A stretch of 64,000 nt of DNA from Acidobacteriota bacterium (GCA_963666215.2 CAXWPL010000001.1:288001-352000), one strand, 5' to 3'. Positions 37,491-47,850 are shown, counted from the stretch's first letter. The notes: generated by a model from the sequence alone, not told the origin. Made by a program: numbers and translations.

Positions 37491-38897
37491 TCACTGCAGC
37501 GTGAGCGCCTCCAGCAGCTCGACCATCATCCGGGTCCCCCGCCGCACCTGCTCGACTTCGATGCGCTCGTCGTTGCCGTGGTAGCGGACCATCTCCGATG
37601 GCGCCAACACCATCGGCGAGTAGCCATAGGCCAGGATGCCGAGATCTCGGAAGAAGTGGCTGTCGGTGAAGCCGCTGCTGACGCCGGGCATCACGCGAGC
37701 CCCGGAATAGTGGCGCTGACTCAGCGCGTGAATCGCTCGAAAAATATCCGTGTCGGAGTCGGACACCGCCGGAGAAAAGCCCATGATCTTCTCCATGCGG
37801 ATCTTGCTGTCGTTGATGATCGTCTCGAGCTGGGCAACGAAGGCGTCCGGGTCCTGATCGGGGAGCAATCGACAATCGAGCTCGGCCGCCGCCACCGGGG
37901 GCACGACGTTGATCTTGCCCGAGCCCTCGAGCACCGTGATCGAGCAGGTGTTGCGAGTGAGCGCGTGCAGGAACGGGTTGTAGATCTGCAACGTGGTCAG
38001 GAACGCGCGATCGCGGACCGACGATGCGATGTCGACGAAGGCCGATCGCCACGGCTCCGCGTGCGACTCCGCCTGGGCGCGGAAGTACTCGCCCACCGCG
38101 GGAACGATTCTCGCTTCGAACTCGTGGGCCTGGATGTTGCTCAGCGCGCGCAGAAGCCGCGTTACGGACGACTCTGCCTGCGGCATCGAGCCGTGGCCCG
38201 GCGTGTTCACCGATACGAGCCGCAACCATAGCGGCACCTTCTGAGTGACCTCGACGGTGAACGTAACGCCGTCTTCCTCGAAACTCCCGTCGCCGCCCTC
38301 GTTGAGCACGACGCCGACATCCGCGAACAGCTCCGGACGATTCTCCACCAGCCAGCCGGCGCCGAAGAAGCCGCCTGCCTCCTCGTCGGCGGTGGCCATG
38401 TAGATCACGTCGCGATCCGGACGGATACCGGAGCGGTGCAGCGCCAGGAAGGCCTGGAGGTGCACGATGCCCAGGCCTTTCGTGTCGAGCGCGCCCCGGC
38501 CGTACAGGTAGCCGTCACGGATCTCGCCGCCGAGCGGATCGACCGTCCACTGATCGCGATCCGCCGGCACCACGTCGATGTGGTGAAGCAGCACGAGGCG
38601 TGGCACGTCGCCCCCGGGAATGCGGGCCCAGATATTGCCGCGGCCCGGCGCCGATTCGCCCGTCTCGTACGGCACTCCTTCGGCATCGAAGATGGCCGCG
38701 AGGTACTCGACCCCGGCCGTCTCGTTGCCGGGAGGATTGGTCGTGTCGACGCGCAGGTATTCGATAAGGCGCTCGACTGCCTGGTCGCCAAGCGCATCGA
38801 AATCGGGGGCGAGTTGCTGTCCGATGGCGGGCGACGGTATGGCCGCAACGAGCAGAACGAGCGCCACGCTGCGGACGGCTGCGGGGATTCGGATCAC
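37491..38897 (-). CDS. M20/M25/M40 metallopeptidase (exported)
   Basis: TTNPPGNE, LLHHIDVVP, GRGALDTKG, ADEEAGG, GHGS, GFTDSHF, HGNDER. GTG start with AGGAG RBS. Confidence 0.92.
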   Translation of the reverse strand: MIRIPAAVRSVALVLLVAAIPSPAIGQQLAPDFDALGDQAVERLIEYLRVDTTNPPGNETAGVEYLAAIFDAEGVPYETGESAPGRGNIWARIPGGDVPRLVLLHHIDVVPADRDQWTVDPLGGEIRDGYLYGRGALDTKGLGIVHLQAFLALHRSGIRPDRDVIYMATADEEAGGFFGAGWLVENRPELFADVGVVLNEGGDGSFEEDGVTFTVEVTQKVPLWLRLVSVNTPGHGSMPQAESSVTRLLRALSNIQAHEFEARIVPAVGEYFRAQAESHAEPWRSAFVDIASSVRDRAFLTTLQIYNPFLHALTRNTCSITVLEGSGKINVVPPVAAAELDCRLLPDQDPDAFVAQLETIINDSKIRMEKIMGFSPAVSDSDTDIFRAIHALSQRHYSGARVMPGVSSGFTDSHFFRDLGILAYGYSPMVLAPSEMVRYHGNDERIEVEQVRRGTRMMVELLEALTLQ

Positions 38898-38959
38898 GAT
38901 GTCATCGCTCCTGTGACCAGCGCGACTTTGCCACTCAATAAGCTGGCCATCTTTCCTTC

Positions 38960-39655
38960 TCACCCTTTGGCGACAAATTCCTCGACTTCATACACTACGA
39001 CATCTTGAACCTGGTCAAAAAACTCTTGCACCAGGGAAACACCCCCCGGCAGCATGACCTGCCCCAGCTCTGCTAAATCCTGGTTCATATCCGCCCGTGT
39101 GGACCACCAGGTTTCAATAAAACCGTAAACACTCTCATCCCCTTTTATAATCTGGTTGACGCGGTTGATGATGTATTTCTGGCGGGCATAATCGGTTTGC
39201 GAAGCGTTGAGCACATCCGTAGCGTGCTTGTTGGTGTGATACTGAAGAAACGCCGTTCCATCGACGCCGTCGGCCAAGCGGTAAAAAGTCATACGTTTGA
39301 CGGACGGTCCTTCGAGATCGTCCAAAGCGACGAATTCTTCGACATCATAACTGGTGTAGCTTGCCACTCGGGAGTCAAAATCATCGGAAACGGACAGGCC
39401 GTTGGGCAGCATGGTTGTATTCAGTGATCTGAAAGCACGGTCGATGTCGTCTCGGCTCTCCCACCAGGTCTCCACCATACCGAACCAGCGCCCCTGGCCC
39501 GCAATAACCTCCCGTACCCAGTTGATCGTGTAGCGTTTCAGATAATCACCAAATGCCTGCCGAGCCTGCCCGGCGTGGACTTGGGTATGGTAGTGCCAGA
39601 ATTCATCCCCGTCGGTATCATCAGGTAGAGAGTAGACTCCCAGTCGTTTGATCAT
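38960..39655 (-). CDS. Tandem EthD-like dimeric alpha/beta barrel protein
   Basis: Two similar halves (FWHYHTQVH..GMVETWW and FLQYHTNKH..GFIETWW). Visibly lower GC than its neighbours. Confidence 0.75.
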   Translation of the reverse strand: MIKRLGVYSLPDDTDGDEFWHYHTQVHAGQARQAFGDYLKRYTINWVREVIAGQGRWFGMVETWWESRDDIDRAFRSLNTTMLPNGLSVSDDFDSRVASYTSYDVEEFVALDDLEGPSVKRMTFYRLADGVDGTAFLQYHTNKHATDVLNASQTDYARQKYIINRVNQIIKGDESVYGFIETWWSTRADMNQDLAELGQVMLPGGVSLVQEFFDQVQDVVVYEVEEFVAKG

Positions 39656-39678
39656 TTAGCTCTTTTCCCCGACAATGC

Positions 39679-41087
39679 GGGGATGTCACACCGTCCGTTG
39701 AACTAAGGCGACGGTGAAGTGGTTGGGGATTGTTACGCAGTACGGTGCTCCTGCTCAAGGGGAACGTCGACGGCGGTGTTGAGTGCGGCATCGAGCTTGG
39801 CGATGTCGCGGTAGCCACGAACCCTCCGGAACTTGCTCTCGGCCTCGATGAGTGCAGTAACCGCCCATCGAACGATCATGCTCCCGGAGCGCCACCGCTT
39901 TACGTTGCGGCTGACGTGTTTGATCGTCCCGTTCAGGTTCTCGATCGTATTCGTTGAACGTAACGTCCGAAGCAGCGGCCCCTGAACTCGGAGCCGAGTG
40001 ACGGTGAGCGTCTCTTGCATTCCTTCTCTGAGCGAGGCCGCTGCACCGGGGTGATCGGTCTCCAGCTCCTTGACCACGGCGTCGAGCTGCTTGGTCGCTG
40101 CCGTGGCCGTCTCCGCCTTCCACGCCTTGCGGATCTTGGCTGCGAACCAGGGCCGGATATGCCCTGGCAGATGCTCCAATACGTTCTTGATCTTGTGGAC
40201 ACGGCAGCGCTGGATCAGGGCCCACTCGCCGAACGTGTCGCGCACTGCTTTACGGAGGCCCTTGGAGCCATCGATTACCACCAACCGCGCCCGTTCGACG
40301 GGCATGCCGCGCTCGATCAACTGCCGCAGCAGCGACCGGCACACGTGGGAGCTCTCCGTGGTGCCCTCTACGACACCCAGCACATGCTTGACGCCGTCCG
40401 CGTCGATGCCCATGGCGATCACCAACAAGTGCTTGCCCATGTGCGTGCCGTCGATCACCAGCACCGGCAGGTCCACTTCATTGAGCGGTTGGGCCAGGTA
40501 CTGCTGCACCTGCTTGGCTGTACGCGCTACGAACCGCCGCGACACACTCGAGCGACTCGTTCCCGACGAAGCTCGCCCGTCGTCGAGCCGCTCTAACGAG
40601 CGCTCGTACTTGCGCGTCGTGACGCCGCACAGGATCTGCTCTACGGCGCGCTCTTCGAGCGGATCTGTTGCCTTGAACCTCTCCCAGTGCGGCAGCGGCA
40701 GCTCTTGGCCATCGACGCTCCGAGCCCGCGGCTTGCGTACCTTGACCCGCCGGCCGCCCATCACCAGCGAGCCCTCGTCGTAGCCGTGTCGGTACGCCCG
40801 CCGCTGCTGTGACCGCGCGTGGCGTTCTCCGCATAGCTCAGCTCTGTCTTGCTCGAGCAGCGAACCCAACACCCCGAAGCCCGCGTCCATGACCAGAGCT
40901 CGTAGATCCGATCGCGCCGCTACCACTGCCTCCAGGAGCGGGTTCTCTTGGCGCTCCGCTTTCCTACTTGTCTCTGTTCTGCGACTCTTGCCCATGACGG
41001 TGATCCTCCATGCCTAGTGGATTGACCCCGACACACTATCGAGGTCGGATCACCGTCACCTTTTTCAACGGAAAGCGAGACATCACC
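39679..41087. mobile_element. IS256-family insertion sequence
   Basis: Imperfect IRs GGGGATGTCACACCGTCCGTTGAA.. and the reverse complement GGTGATGTCTCGCTTTCCGTTGAA.. flank the transposase. No TSD seen. Confidence 0.85.
39733..40995 (-). CDS. IS256 family transposase
   Basis: LVIDGT, IDGSKGL, QRCRVHK, STNTIENLN, FRRVRGY. Confidence 0.95.
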   Translation of the reverse strand: MGKSRRTETSRKAERQENPLLEAVVAARSDLRALVMDAGFGVLGSLLEQDRAELCGERHARSQQRRAYRHGYDEGSLVMGGRRVKVRKPRARSVDGQELPLPHWERFKATDPLEERAVEQILCGVTTRKYERSLERLDDGRASSGTSRSSVSRRFVARTAKQVQQYLAQPLNEVDLPVLVIDGTHMGKHLLVIAMGIDADGVKHVLGVVEGTTESSHVCRSLLRQLIERGMPVERARLVVIDGSKGLRKAVRDTFGEWALIQRCRVHKIKNVLEHLPGHIRPWFAAKIRKAWKAETATAATKQLDAVVKELETDHPGAAASLREGMQETLTVTRLRVQGPLLRTLRSTNTIENLNGTIKHVSRNVKRWRSGSMIVRWAVTALIEAESKFRRVRGYRDIAKLDAALNTAVDVPLEQEHRTA

Positions 41088-41313
41088 GGCTCGCCAGCGC
41101 CAGGGTGAAAGCGACTATCGTGGCTGGGATCTTTGACGTCGGCTTCACGCGGTCGTTACCTCACGAGCGAATCTGCGTTGGCGGCCTCGACGGACATCAG
41201 TCGGTCGATCTGGCAACCGCGCTATCCTCGCACGCGTCTCGCGCCGCGGCTGACACAAGCCGGCATCGATTCATGATCTTCGGTCCATACCGAATCGCGG
41301 AGTTCTCCTGACG

Positions 41314-42501
41314 ATGAGCGCAGCGCCGCTCGTTCTGGCCACGATGACCCTTCTCGGGTGGCTAGCGTTCGCGTTCGACGCCTGGCGAGGGCGTCGGCTC
41401 GTGCGATTCCTCGAGCACGTCGATCCTGCGACCATCGATCGGCGCGCGCTGCCGTCAGTCTCGATCGTGATCGCGGCGCGCAACGAGGAGCGCAACCTGC
41501 GCCAGGCGCTGCAATCGGTGCTGGCGCTCGACTATCCGGGCCTCGAGGTCGTCGTCGTCAACGATCGCTCAGAAGACGGCACGGCGCTGATTCTCGAAGA
41601 GCTCAGCCGCGGCGTCGCAGAAACAGCGCAAGCGAACGACAGAAGCGCGCCAGCTGCTCGTCTCGCCATCGAGCAGGTCACCGAGTTGCCGGACGGCTGG
41701 CTCGGGAAAAACCACGCGCTGCACCGCGGCGCCGAGCGTGCCACCGGTGACCTCCTGCTGTTCACCGATGCCGATGTGATCTTCGAACCCACTTCGTTGC
41801 TGCGTGCGGTGGCGTGCATTCAGCGCGACAACCTCGACCACCTCCCCGCGGGCAGCGACGTCAGGACCCCCACGGCCGCTCTCGAGCTGTTTGTTGCGAC
41901 ATTCGCGCTCTTCTTCAACGCCTACTTCCGGCCCTGGCGGATGGCCAACGAGAAGACGAAGCAGGGCATCGGTATCGGCGCGTTCAACCTGGTTCGCCGC
42001 AACGCCTACGAGCGTGCCGGCGGGCACCGTGCGATCGCGATGCGCACCGACGACGACATCCGGCTCGGTCAGGCCCTGCGCGATACAGGCTCCCGTCAGG
42101 CCTTCGCCGTTGCCGGCCAGCTGGTGGCGGTGGAGTGGTATCCAGACCTACCCGCGGCCATGCGCGGGCTGGAGAAGAACGCCCTTGCGGCGACCAACTT
42201 CTCGCTCGTCACCCTCGTTGGCGGTGCGGCGGCGCAGCTGATGCTCACAACATGGCCGTTCGTGGCGATCTTCCTCACCCACGGACCAACCCAGCTCGTT
42301 AATATCGCCGTCTACATCCTGCTCACCGCAATCCAGCTCGCCTTTTTGAGCCACCTCAGCGTACGGAGCTGGACTGCCTTCGCCCTGCCCCTGGGCTCCC
42401 TCCTGGTGGTGTTCGCCATGTTGCGCGCCGCGATCATTACCTACTGGCGCGGCGGCGTTGAATGGCGCGGCACGTTCTACGAGCTCGACAAGCTTCGATA
42501 G
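41314..42501 (+). CDS. Membrane glycosyltransferase family 2
   Basis: SIVIAARNEE, NDRSEDGT, GWLGKNHA, FTDAD, DDIRLG, WRG. Confidence 0.9.
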   Translation: MSAAPLVLATMTLLGWLAFAFDAWRGRRLVRFLEHVDPATIDRRALPSVSIVIAARNEERNLRQALQSVLALDYPGLEVVVVNDRSEDGTALILEELSRGVAETAQANDRSAPAARLAIEQVTELPDGWLGKNHALHRGAERATGDLLLFTDADVIFEPTSLLRAVACIQRDNLDHLPAGSDVRTPTAALELFVATFALFFNAYFRPWRMANEKTKQGIGIGAFNLVRRNAYERAGGHRAIAMRTDDDIRLGQALRDTGSRQAFAVAGQLVAVEWYPDLPAAMRGLEKNALAATNFSLVTLVGGAAAQLMLTTWPFVAIFLTHGPTQLVNIAVYILLTAIQLAFLSHLSVRSWTAFALPLGSLLVVFAMLRAAIITYWRGGVEWRGTFYELDKLR

Positions 42502-42605
42502 ATCAGCCGGCGGGTCCGCCCACGCGCGCGCCGTGGTGTTCGCTGCCCGCCCCACCGCTCCGTTAGCAGTGCTATCTGGCGGGCAGAGAGTCCCCCCGGT
42601 CCGGC

Positions 42606-43020
42606 TCAGTACTCCAGAGCCGTCGTGGCGTCCTTGTCGTCCTTATCGAGGAAGGCACCGCGACCGGCGCCCTTGATGTTGGGCCACATGGCGGCGTTGA
42701 AGACCGTCGAATGGTCGATTCCCAGAGCGTGCCCGAACTCGTGGTTGAGCAGCTCAATGAGCCCTTTGGTGGTTGTGTCCAGCCAGCACTCGATGCCGTC
42801 CTGGGTGACGATGTCGCCCTCGGTGATCGTCTTGAACGTCGTTGCACTGTCGGCCTGCGCGGTCGAATGATTAGAACCGTCGGTCCACCATCCACCGAAC
42901 GCCAGGATGCCACCGGTGACGCAGTTGAACGAGCCCGCGATGTCGTTGTTCTCGTCGTTGAAAAGCAACGTGTTGACGCCATCGGGACCACCGAAGCCCG
43001 CTGCCGTGGCTGCCGTCGCC
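42606..43020 (-). pseudogene. Matrixin (metzincin) metalloprotease C-terminal fragment
   Basis: HEFGHALGIDHS plus Met-turn AAMWP. The frame lacks a start and signal upstream of ~43020. Confidence 0.75.
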
Positions 43021-43788
43021 CCGACCGAGGCTCTCGGCCAAACCGCCCTCTATGCCATCGTCTACGACTACGACGATGCTGGTCGCGGGGCCCTCTACCA
43101 CATCGACCCGGCTACCGAGACCGTGACGGAGATCGGTGGTCTCGGGTCCGCGATCCATTACGTCAGCGGGATCGCTTTCGACGCCGACGGCACATTGTAC
43201 GGATGGGGTTTTCCGACCAATGACTGCTGCGGGATAGCTGGGCTCGTCACAATCAACTTGACCAGCGGCAAGGCGACGATTGCGGCCAAGAGGCAAGCCG
43301 ATTTCGAACTGGCCTTCGGCGACATTACCTTCAAGCCTGGCGTCAAGCGCTTCGGGATGCTAGCGAACTCCGCACAGGACGAGGATCTAGATCAGGGAGT
43401 GTTCAAGATCCGCAGGAACGCCAAGATCGCTCCGCTGCCCAACATGCGGGCGCCGGCAGGCGACGAGGGCAACGCCATCGCGGCCAACGCCAAGGGCCAG
43501 GTCTTCGTGCTCGACGATGTCGAATTGGCCATGGTTCAGGCGGACGGCAAGCTGCGCAAGCACCGCACGCTGGATTTCGGCGCCATCTCCGGGCCCGACG
43601 ACTCACGCGTGAACTCGGCGACATTCGACACCGACGGAACCCTCTGGGGCATCGTGAACACGATCGACGAAAGCTTGCCGGACGTCGGCGGCCAGTACCT
43701 CGTCACGATCGATAAGAAAGGCAACGTGACGACCAAGTTCAAGTTGCCCAAAAAACTCCACTTCGACGCCCTGGCGGCGCCGCGCTGA
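43006..43788 (+). pseudogene. Secreted beta-propeller-like protein lacking its N-terminus; related to 11857-12792
   Basis: ..APTEALGQTALYAI..GALYHIDPAT, SGIAFDADGTLYG, ATFDTDGTLWG. The upstream part of the ORF is matrixin antisense. Confidence 0.65.
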
Positions 43789-44127
43789 ACCGAGACGCCG
43801 ACGATCGATCGCGGCGAGCCTGGCGGATCGACGACACACGGGTGCAGTACTTCGCACCCGGGACCACCGAGCTGTCCGTGAGCTCGGTGGTCTCTGCGGG
43901 CGAGGCCAACTTGTTGCGGCCAACCTCGTGTTCGGGCCGCACGCCACCAAGTACCCCTCACCTCGCCGCCGATGTAGCGCCGGCCCATCTCTGGTGGGCA
44001 AATCGGTTGACCTGCACCGAGGGAAGTTGTCGAACATGATCCGCGTCATGTTCTTGCGGCTGCAACTTCGGCATGATCGGGTCTCACCGCCCTAGCATCA
44101 CGCCACCCGTCAGCACGTGAGGTCCAC

Positions 44128-44682
44128 ATGTCGAGCTACGCCCGATTCGTCGGCCCGACGATCGTCACTGTCCTCGCCGCGAGCACACTCAGCGGCTTCG
44201 TCTCGAGCCCGCGGCCCTTCGCCAGGCCCCAGACCGGCCTCGAACAGGCCGGGCAGTCGATCTTCAGCGCCCTCGAGGAGGTCGTGGCCCGCCTCGAGGC
44301 CGACCCCACCACCGATTGGTCCGAGGTCTCGATCGACTCACTGCGCGAGCACCTCGTCCAGATGGATGACGTCTTCGTTCACGCGCGGGTAACCCACGAA
44401 GCCACGCCTGCCGGCGCGCGCTTTCTGATCGACGGCAGCCCGCAGGTGTTGGCCTCAGCCACCGCGATGCTCCAGGCCCACACTCGCATGTCTGCCGACT
44501 TCCGCGGCTGGCAAGCCGTCCTCGAAACCGATCCCGAGCTCGTCCTCACGCTCTCGAGCGACGACCCTGACGAGCGCCTGAGGATCCGCGCGCTCGGCCT
44601 CTTCGGCTACCTCGCGGCAGGCGGCCATCATCGTCGTCACCACCTGATGATGGCCACCGGCGCACATCCACACTCGCCTTAG
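44128..44682 (+). CDS. Exported His-rich hypothetical protein
   Basis: Signal peptide, LREHLVQMD, C-terminal GGHHRRHHLMMATG. Confidence 0.7.
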   Translation: MSSYARFVGPTIVTVLAASTLSGFVSSPRPFARPQTGLEQAGQSIFSALEEVVARLEADPTTDWSEVSIDSLREHLVQMDDVFVHARVTHEATPAGARFLIDGSPQVLASATAMLQAHTRMSADFRGWQAVLETDPELVLTLSSDDPDERLRIRALGLFGYLAAGGHHRRHHLMMATGAHPHSP

Positions 44683-44809
44683 CGCCGCCAGCCCAATCCA
44701 TCTCCGCGAAGGTCTGGCTTCTGCCCGCCTGCAACTCGCCCGTGCACGGCCGTCTCATCTGGTTGGAAGTGACTTCCGAAGACGGAGATGACGTGATATG
44801 GGTATATGG

Positions 44810-45055
44810 GTGAAAACAACCGTAGATATTGCCGACCCCCTGTTCCGCGAAACCAAGCGTGTCGCGGCCGCTGAAGGCACGACGATTCGCGCGCTCATCG
44901 AAGCCGGTCTGCGATCGGAGCTGAAGCGGCGCACTGCGACCCGCGGATTCCGCTTGCGCGACGAGAGCTTTGGAGGTGAGGGGCTACAACCTGGAGTCGC
45001 GGAGGGCGGCTGGGAGCGAATCCGAGACATGATCTACGAGGGCCGCGGCGGGTGA
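44810..45055 (+). CDS. vapB: VapB-type antitoxin
   Basis: (M)KTTVDIADPL..RALIEAGLR RHH-like pattern. Overlaps the toxin start. Confidence 0.85.
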   Translation: MKTTVDIADPLFRETKRVAAAEGTTIRALIEAGLRSELKRRTATRGFRLRDESFGGEGLQPGVAEGGWERIRDMIYEGRGG

Positions 45056-45492
45056 TCGCGGTCGACACGAATCTGCTCGTCTACGCACATCGCGCCGACT
45101 CACCGTGGCACAAGCCGGCCGCGGCGGCGATCCAAGCGCTCGCGCAGTCGCCCAGCGCCTGGACGATCCCATGGCCTTGCCTCCACGAGTTCCTCGGAAT
45201 CGTCACGCATCCGGGGATCTACCTGCCGCCAACGTCTTTGGTCAAAGCCCTGGCTCAAGTGCGCGCCTGGCTCGAGTCACCCGGACTCGATCCGCTGTCG
45301 GAAAACGCCGGCTATGCGGACCGACTCAGCGAGGTGCTTCGAGCTTCGAAAGTGGTCGGACCGCGCGTTCACGACGCGCGCGTCGCGGCGCTGTGTCTGC
45401 ATCACGGGGTGTCTGAGCTGTGGACCGCCGACCGTGACTTCAGTCGCTTTCGCGATTTGAAGACTCGCAATCCTCTCGTGAAGAGCGCGTAG
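45052..45492 (+). CDS. vapC: VapC PIN-domain toxin
   Basis: IAVDTNLLVYAH, EFL, VHDARVAA, TADRDFSRF. Confidence 0.93.
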   Translation: MIAVDTNLLVYAHRADSPWHKPAAAAIQALAQSPSAWTIPWPCLHEFLGIVTHPGIYLPPTSLVKALAQVRAWLESPGLDPLSENAGYADRLSEVLRASKVVGPRVHDARVAALCLHHGVSELWTADRDFSRFRDLKTRNPLVKSA

Positions 45493-46099
45493 CTCCGCCG
45501 ACCACCGTCGGTCGCTCAGCATCCGACGCGAGCACGGCTTCGAAAGACTCGCCCTGGCGTTCGAGCCAGCCCTCGAGGCGGTCGGTGCAGTCGCAGTCGC
45601 TGCAGGCCCACGGCTCGGTGCCGTTCTTGTCACGGCAACGCGCTGGGTTGTGGGCGTTCTTGATCGCCAGCAGCTCGAAGTACTCCTCCCAGTAGGGGAT
45701 CTCCTCTTCGAGCGGCGTCGGGCAGTAGCAAACTTCGACCCAACGGACGGCGCCGTCATCGAACCGACGTGCATGCGCCATATCGCGGATGTACTCACCA
45801 CCAGCAACCGAGCCGGCGCCGAGGCTGCCGTCGTCGACCGCGCGACGTAATGCGCCAGCCTTCCCGGGGCGAAGGCGAGCTTTCACGAAGTAGCGCGTCG
45901 GGACAGTTTCCCACGCGGCGAATCTTCCGATGGCGTGGGTGCGGTCACGAGAGGCGCGCTTCGGTGGGAACAGCCGCCCCCTCTTGACGCGTCGGAGGAA
46001 GAAGACAACGATCAGCGGAACGCCAGGCTGTCGATTCCGGGCCGTCCTCGCCTCCTTCCAGGAACTGCGCCGCTGCCGAGGCCCACTGTGAACGAACAA
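45440..46099 (-). CDS. Cys-rich hypothetical protein; true start probably near 45900
   Basis: Core YFVKARL..WVEVCYCPTPLEEE..C..WACSDCDC. The upstream part of the ORF looks non-coding. Confidence 0.6.
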   Translation of the reverse strand: MFVHSGPRQRRSSWKEARTARNRQPGVPLIVVFFLRRVKRGRLFPPKRASRDRTHAIGRFAAWETVPTRYFVKARLRPGKAGALRRAVDDGSLGAGSVAGGEYIRDMAHARRFDDGAVRWVEVCYCPTPLEEEIPYWEEYFELLAIKNAHNPARCRDKNGTEPWACSDCDCTDRLEGWLERQGESFEAVLASDAERPTVVGGATRSSREDCESSNRESD

Positions 46100-47284
46100 C
46101 GTCTCCCTGTTTTCGCTGCCCTCGCGGCGGCTCTATCGCTCGCCCTTGCGGCTGGCGTCGCGGCCTTTGTCATCCGCTCCGAGCCGCGCGTCCGCCCGGC
46201 GCCGGCGTTCGAGAACGCGCCCCGGGTCGAAGTCGATGCAACGCCGCCCGCAGCAACAACGATCGCCAATCCCGACTACTTCGACGCCATTACAAACGCG
46301 CGCCGAGTTGCCCGCGACAACCTCGGCATCGGGCTTCCAGGGCTGTCGATTGCGGTCAGCGTCGGCGGTGAGATCGTCTGGGCAGAGGGATTCGGTTGGG
46401 CTGACATCGAGCAGGGCATGGCGGTTACGCCACGCCACAAGTTCCGCATCGGCAGCGTATCCAAGCCGATGACCGCCGCGGCGTTGGCGCTGCTCTGGGA
46501 AGAAGGCGCGATCGATCTCGACCTTCCTGTTCAGACGTACGTCCCCGACTTTCCCGAGAAGGAATTCCCGATCACCACGCGACAACTGGCCGGACACCTA
46601 GCGGGAATCCGTCACTATCGAGGCGACGAGTTTGTCAGCTCGCTGCACTACCCGACCGTGTCAGACGGTCTCGAGATCTTCGCCAACGACGCGCTGCTCC
46701 ACGAGCCCGGCTCCGCCTACCAGTATTCGAGCTACGGATGGAATCTGATCTCTGCGGTCATCGAGGGAGCCTCCCAGAGTGAGTTCCTGGAGCTCATGCA
46801 GGCGCGCGTTTTCGACCCGCTCGGGCTCCGCCAAACCGCGCCCGATCAGAACCTCGACGTCATCCCGCACCGCGTCAGCTTCTATAGCCAAAGTCCAGCG
46901 GGAAACGGACGCTTCATCAACGGCCCCTACGTCGACAACAGCTACAAGTGGGCCGGCGGCGGCTTTCTCTCCACGCCCAGCGACCTGGTCCGCTTCGCGT
47001 CCGCCCATCTGGAGCCAGGTTACCTGCGCGCCGAGACGCTCGAGCTTCTCTTTACGTCGCAGACCCTTGCTGACGGCACGGAGACCGGCTACGGCATCGG
47101 CTGGGGAGTTCGCGACGATCCCGGCGGCAGGAGGCTCATCTCTCACGGTGGCGGATCTGTGGGCGGCACCACGATGCTCGCGATGTGGCCAGAAGAAAAG
47201 CTGGTGGTGGCAATGGCAACCAATCTGTCCAGCGCCCCCGCCCTGCGGTTTCAAGAGATCGCCGAGGCCTTCCTCGCGCGGTAG
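46088..47284 (+). CDS. Serine hydrolase, beta-lactamase/AmpC family
   Basis: IGSVSK (SxxK), YSS, HGG, LAGHLAGIRHY. Confidence 0.92.
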   Translation: MNEQRLPVFAALAAALSLALAAGVAAFVIRSEPRVRPAPAFENAPRVEVDATPPAATTIANPDYFDAITNARRVARDNLGIGLPGLSIAVSVGGEIVWAEGFGWADIEQGMAVTPRHKFRIGSVSKPMTAAALALLWEEGAIDLDLPVQTYVPDFPEKEFPITTRQLAGHLAGIRHYRGDEFVSSLHYPTVSDGLEIFANDALLHEPGSAYQYSSYGWNLISAVIEGASQSEFLELMQARVFDPLGLRQTAPDQNLDVIPHRVSFYSQSPAGNGRFINGPYVDNSYKWAGGGFLSTPSDLVRFASAHLEPGYLRAETLELLFTSQTLADGTETGYGIGWGVRDDPGGRRLISHGGGSVGGTTMLAMWPEEKLVVAMATNLSSAPALRFQEIAEAFLAR

Positions 47285-47296
47285 CCGGCGGTCGCT

Positions 47297-47827
47297 CTAG
47301 TCGTCGAGCCCCGGATGTGCGCCTGCGACCGCGTACCGGCCACGCTCGAACAACAGCGCGTCGCCCTCGCTCGATTGAATGGCCACCACTTGGCCGACGA
47401 AGATGACGTGGTCGCCACCGTCGTATTCGTTCCACAGCCGGCATTCGAAGCAGACCACGCAACCGTGCAGGAGTGGCGCGCCACCCGCACCGCGTTCGAA
47501 GCTCACACCGTCGAACTTGTCGTCTCGGGTCGTTGCAAAGCGGTTCGACAGCTCAATCTGGTCGGCCGCGAGCACGTTCACCGCGAAGTGCGACGCGGCG
47601 CGAAAGACGTCGAGTGCCCCCGAGCTTCTCTGCAGGCTCCAAAGGATCAGCGGCGGCTCCATCGACACGGAGCTGAAGCTGTTGACCGTGAGACCGACGT
47701 TGTCGCTACCGTCGACGGTATCGGGCAGCCTGAGCTCTTCCGGTACCTGCGCCGTGACAATGGTCACGCCGGTGGCGAAGCACCCCAGGGCGTTGCGCAA
47801 CTCGCGCGTGTCGATGGCTTCAGTCAT
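47297..47827 (-). CDS. Flavin reductase-like protein
   Basis: LRNALGCFATGVT, NSFSSVS..PP, GGDHVIFVG. Confidence 0.93.
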   Translation of the reverse strand: MTEAIDTRELRNALGCFATGVTIVTAQVPEELRLPDTVDGSDNVGLTVNSFSSVSMEPPLILWSLQRSSGALDVFRAASHFAVNVLAADQIELSNRFATTRDDKFDGVSFERGAGGAPLLHGCVVCFECRLWNEYDGGDHVIFVGQVVAIQSSEGDALLFERGRYAVAGAHPGLDD

Positions 47828-47850
47828 GGCGCTCGTAAATTGTGGCTAGA

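Noticed and set aside
46088-47284. Antibiotic-resistance beta-lactamase
   Set aside because: Generic serine hydrolase motifs only; nothing indicates true AmpC activity.
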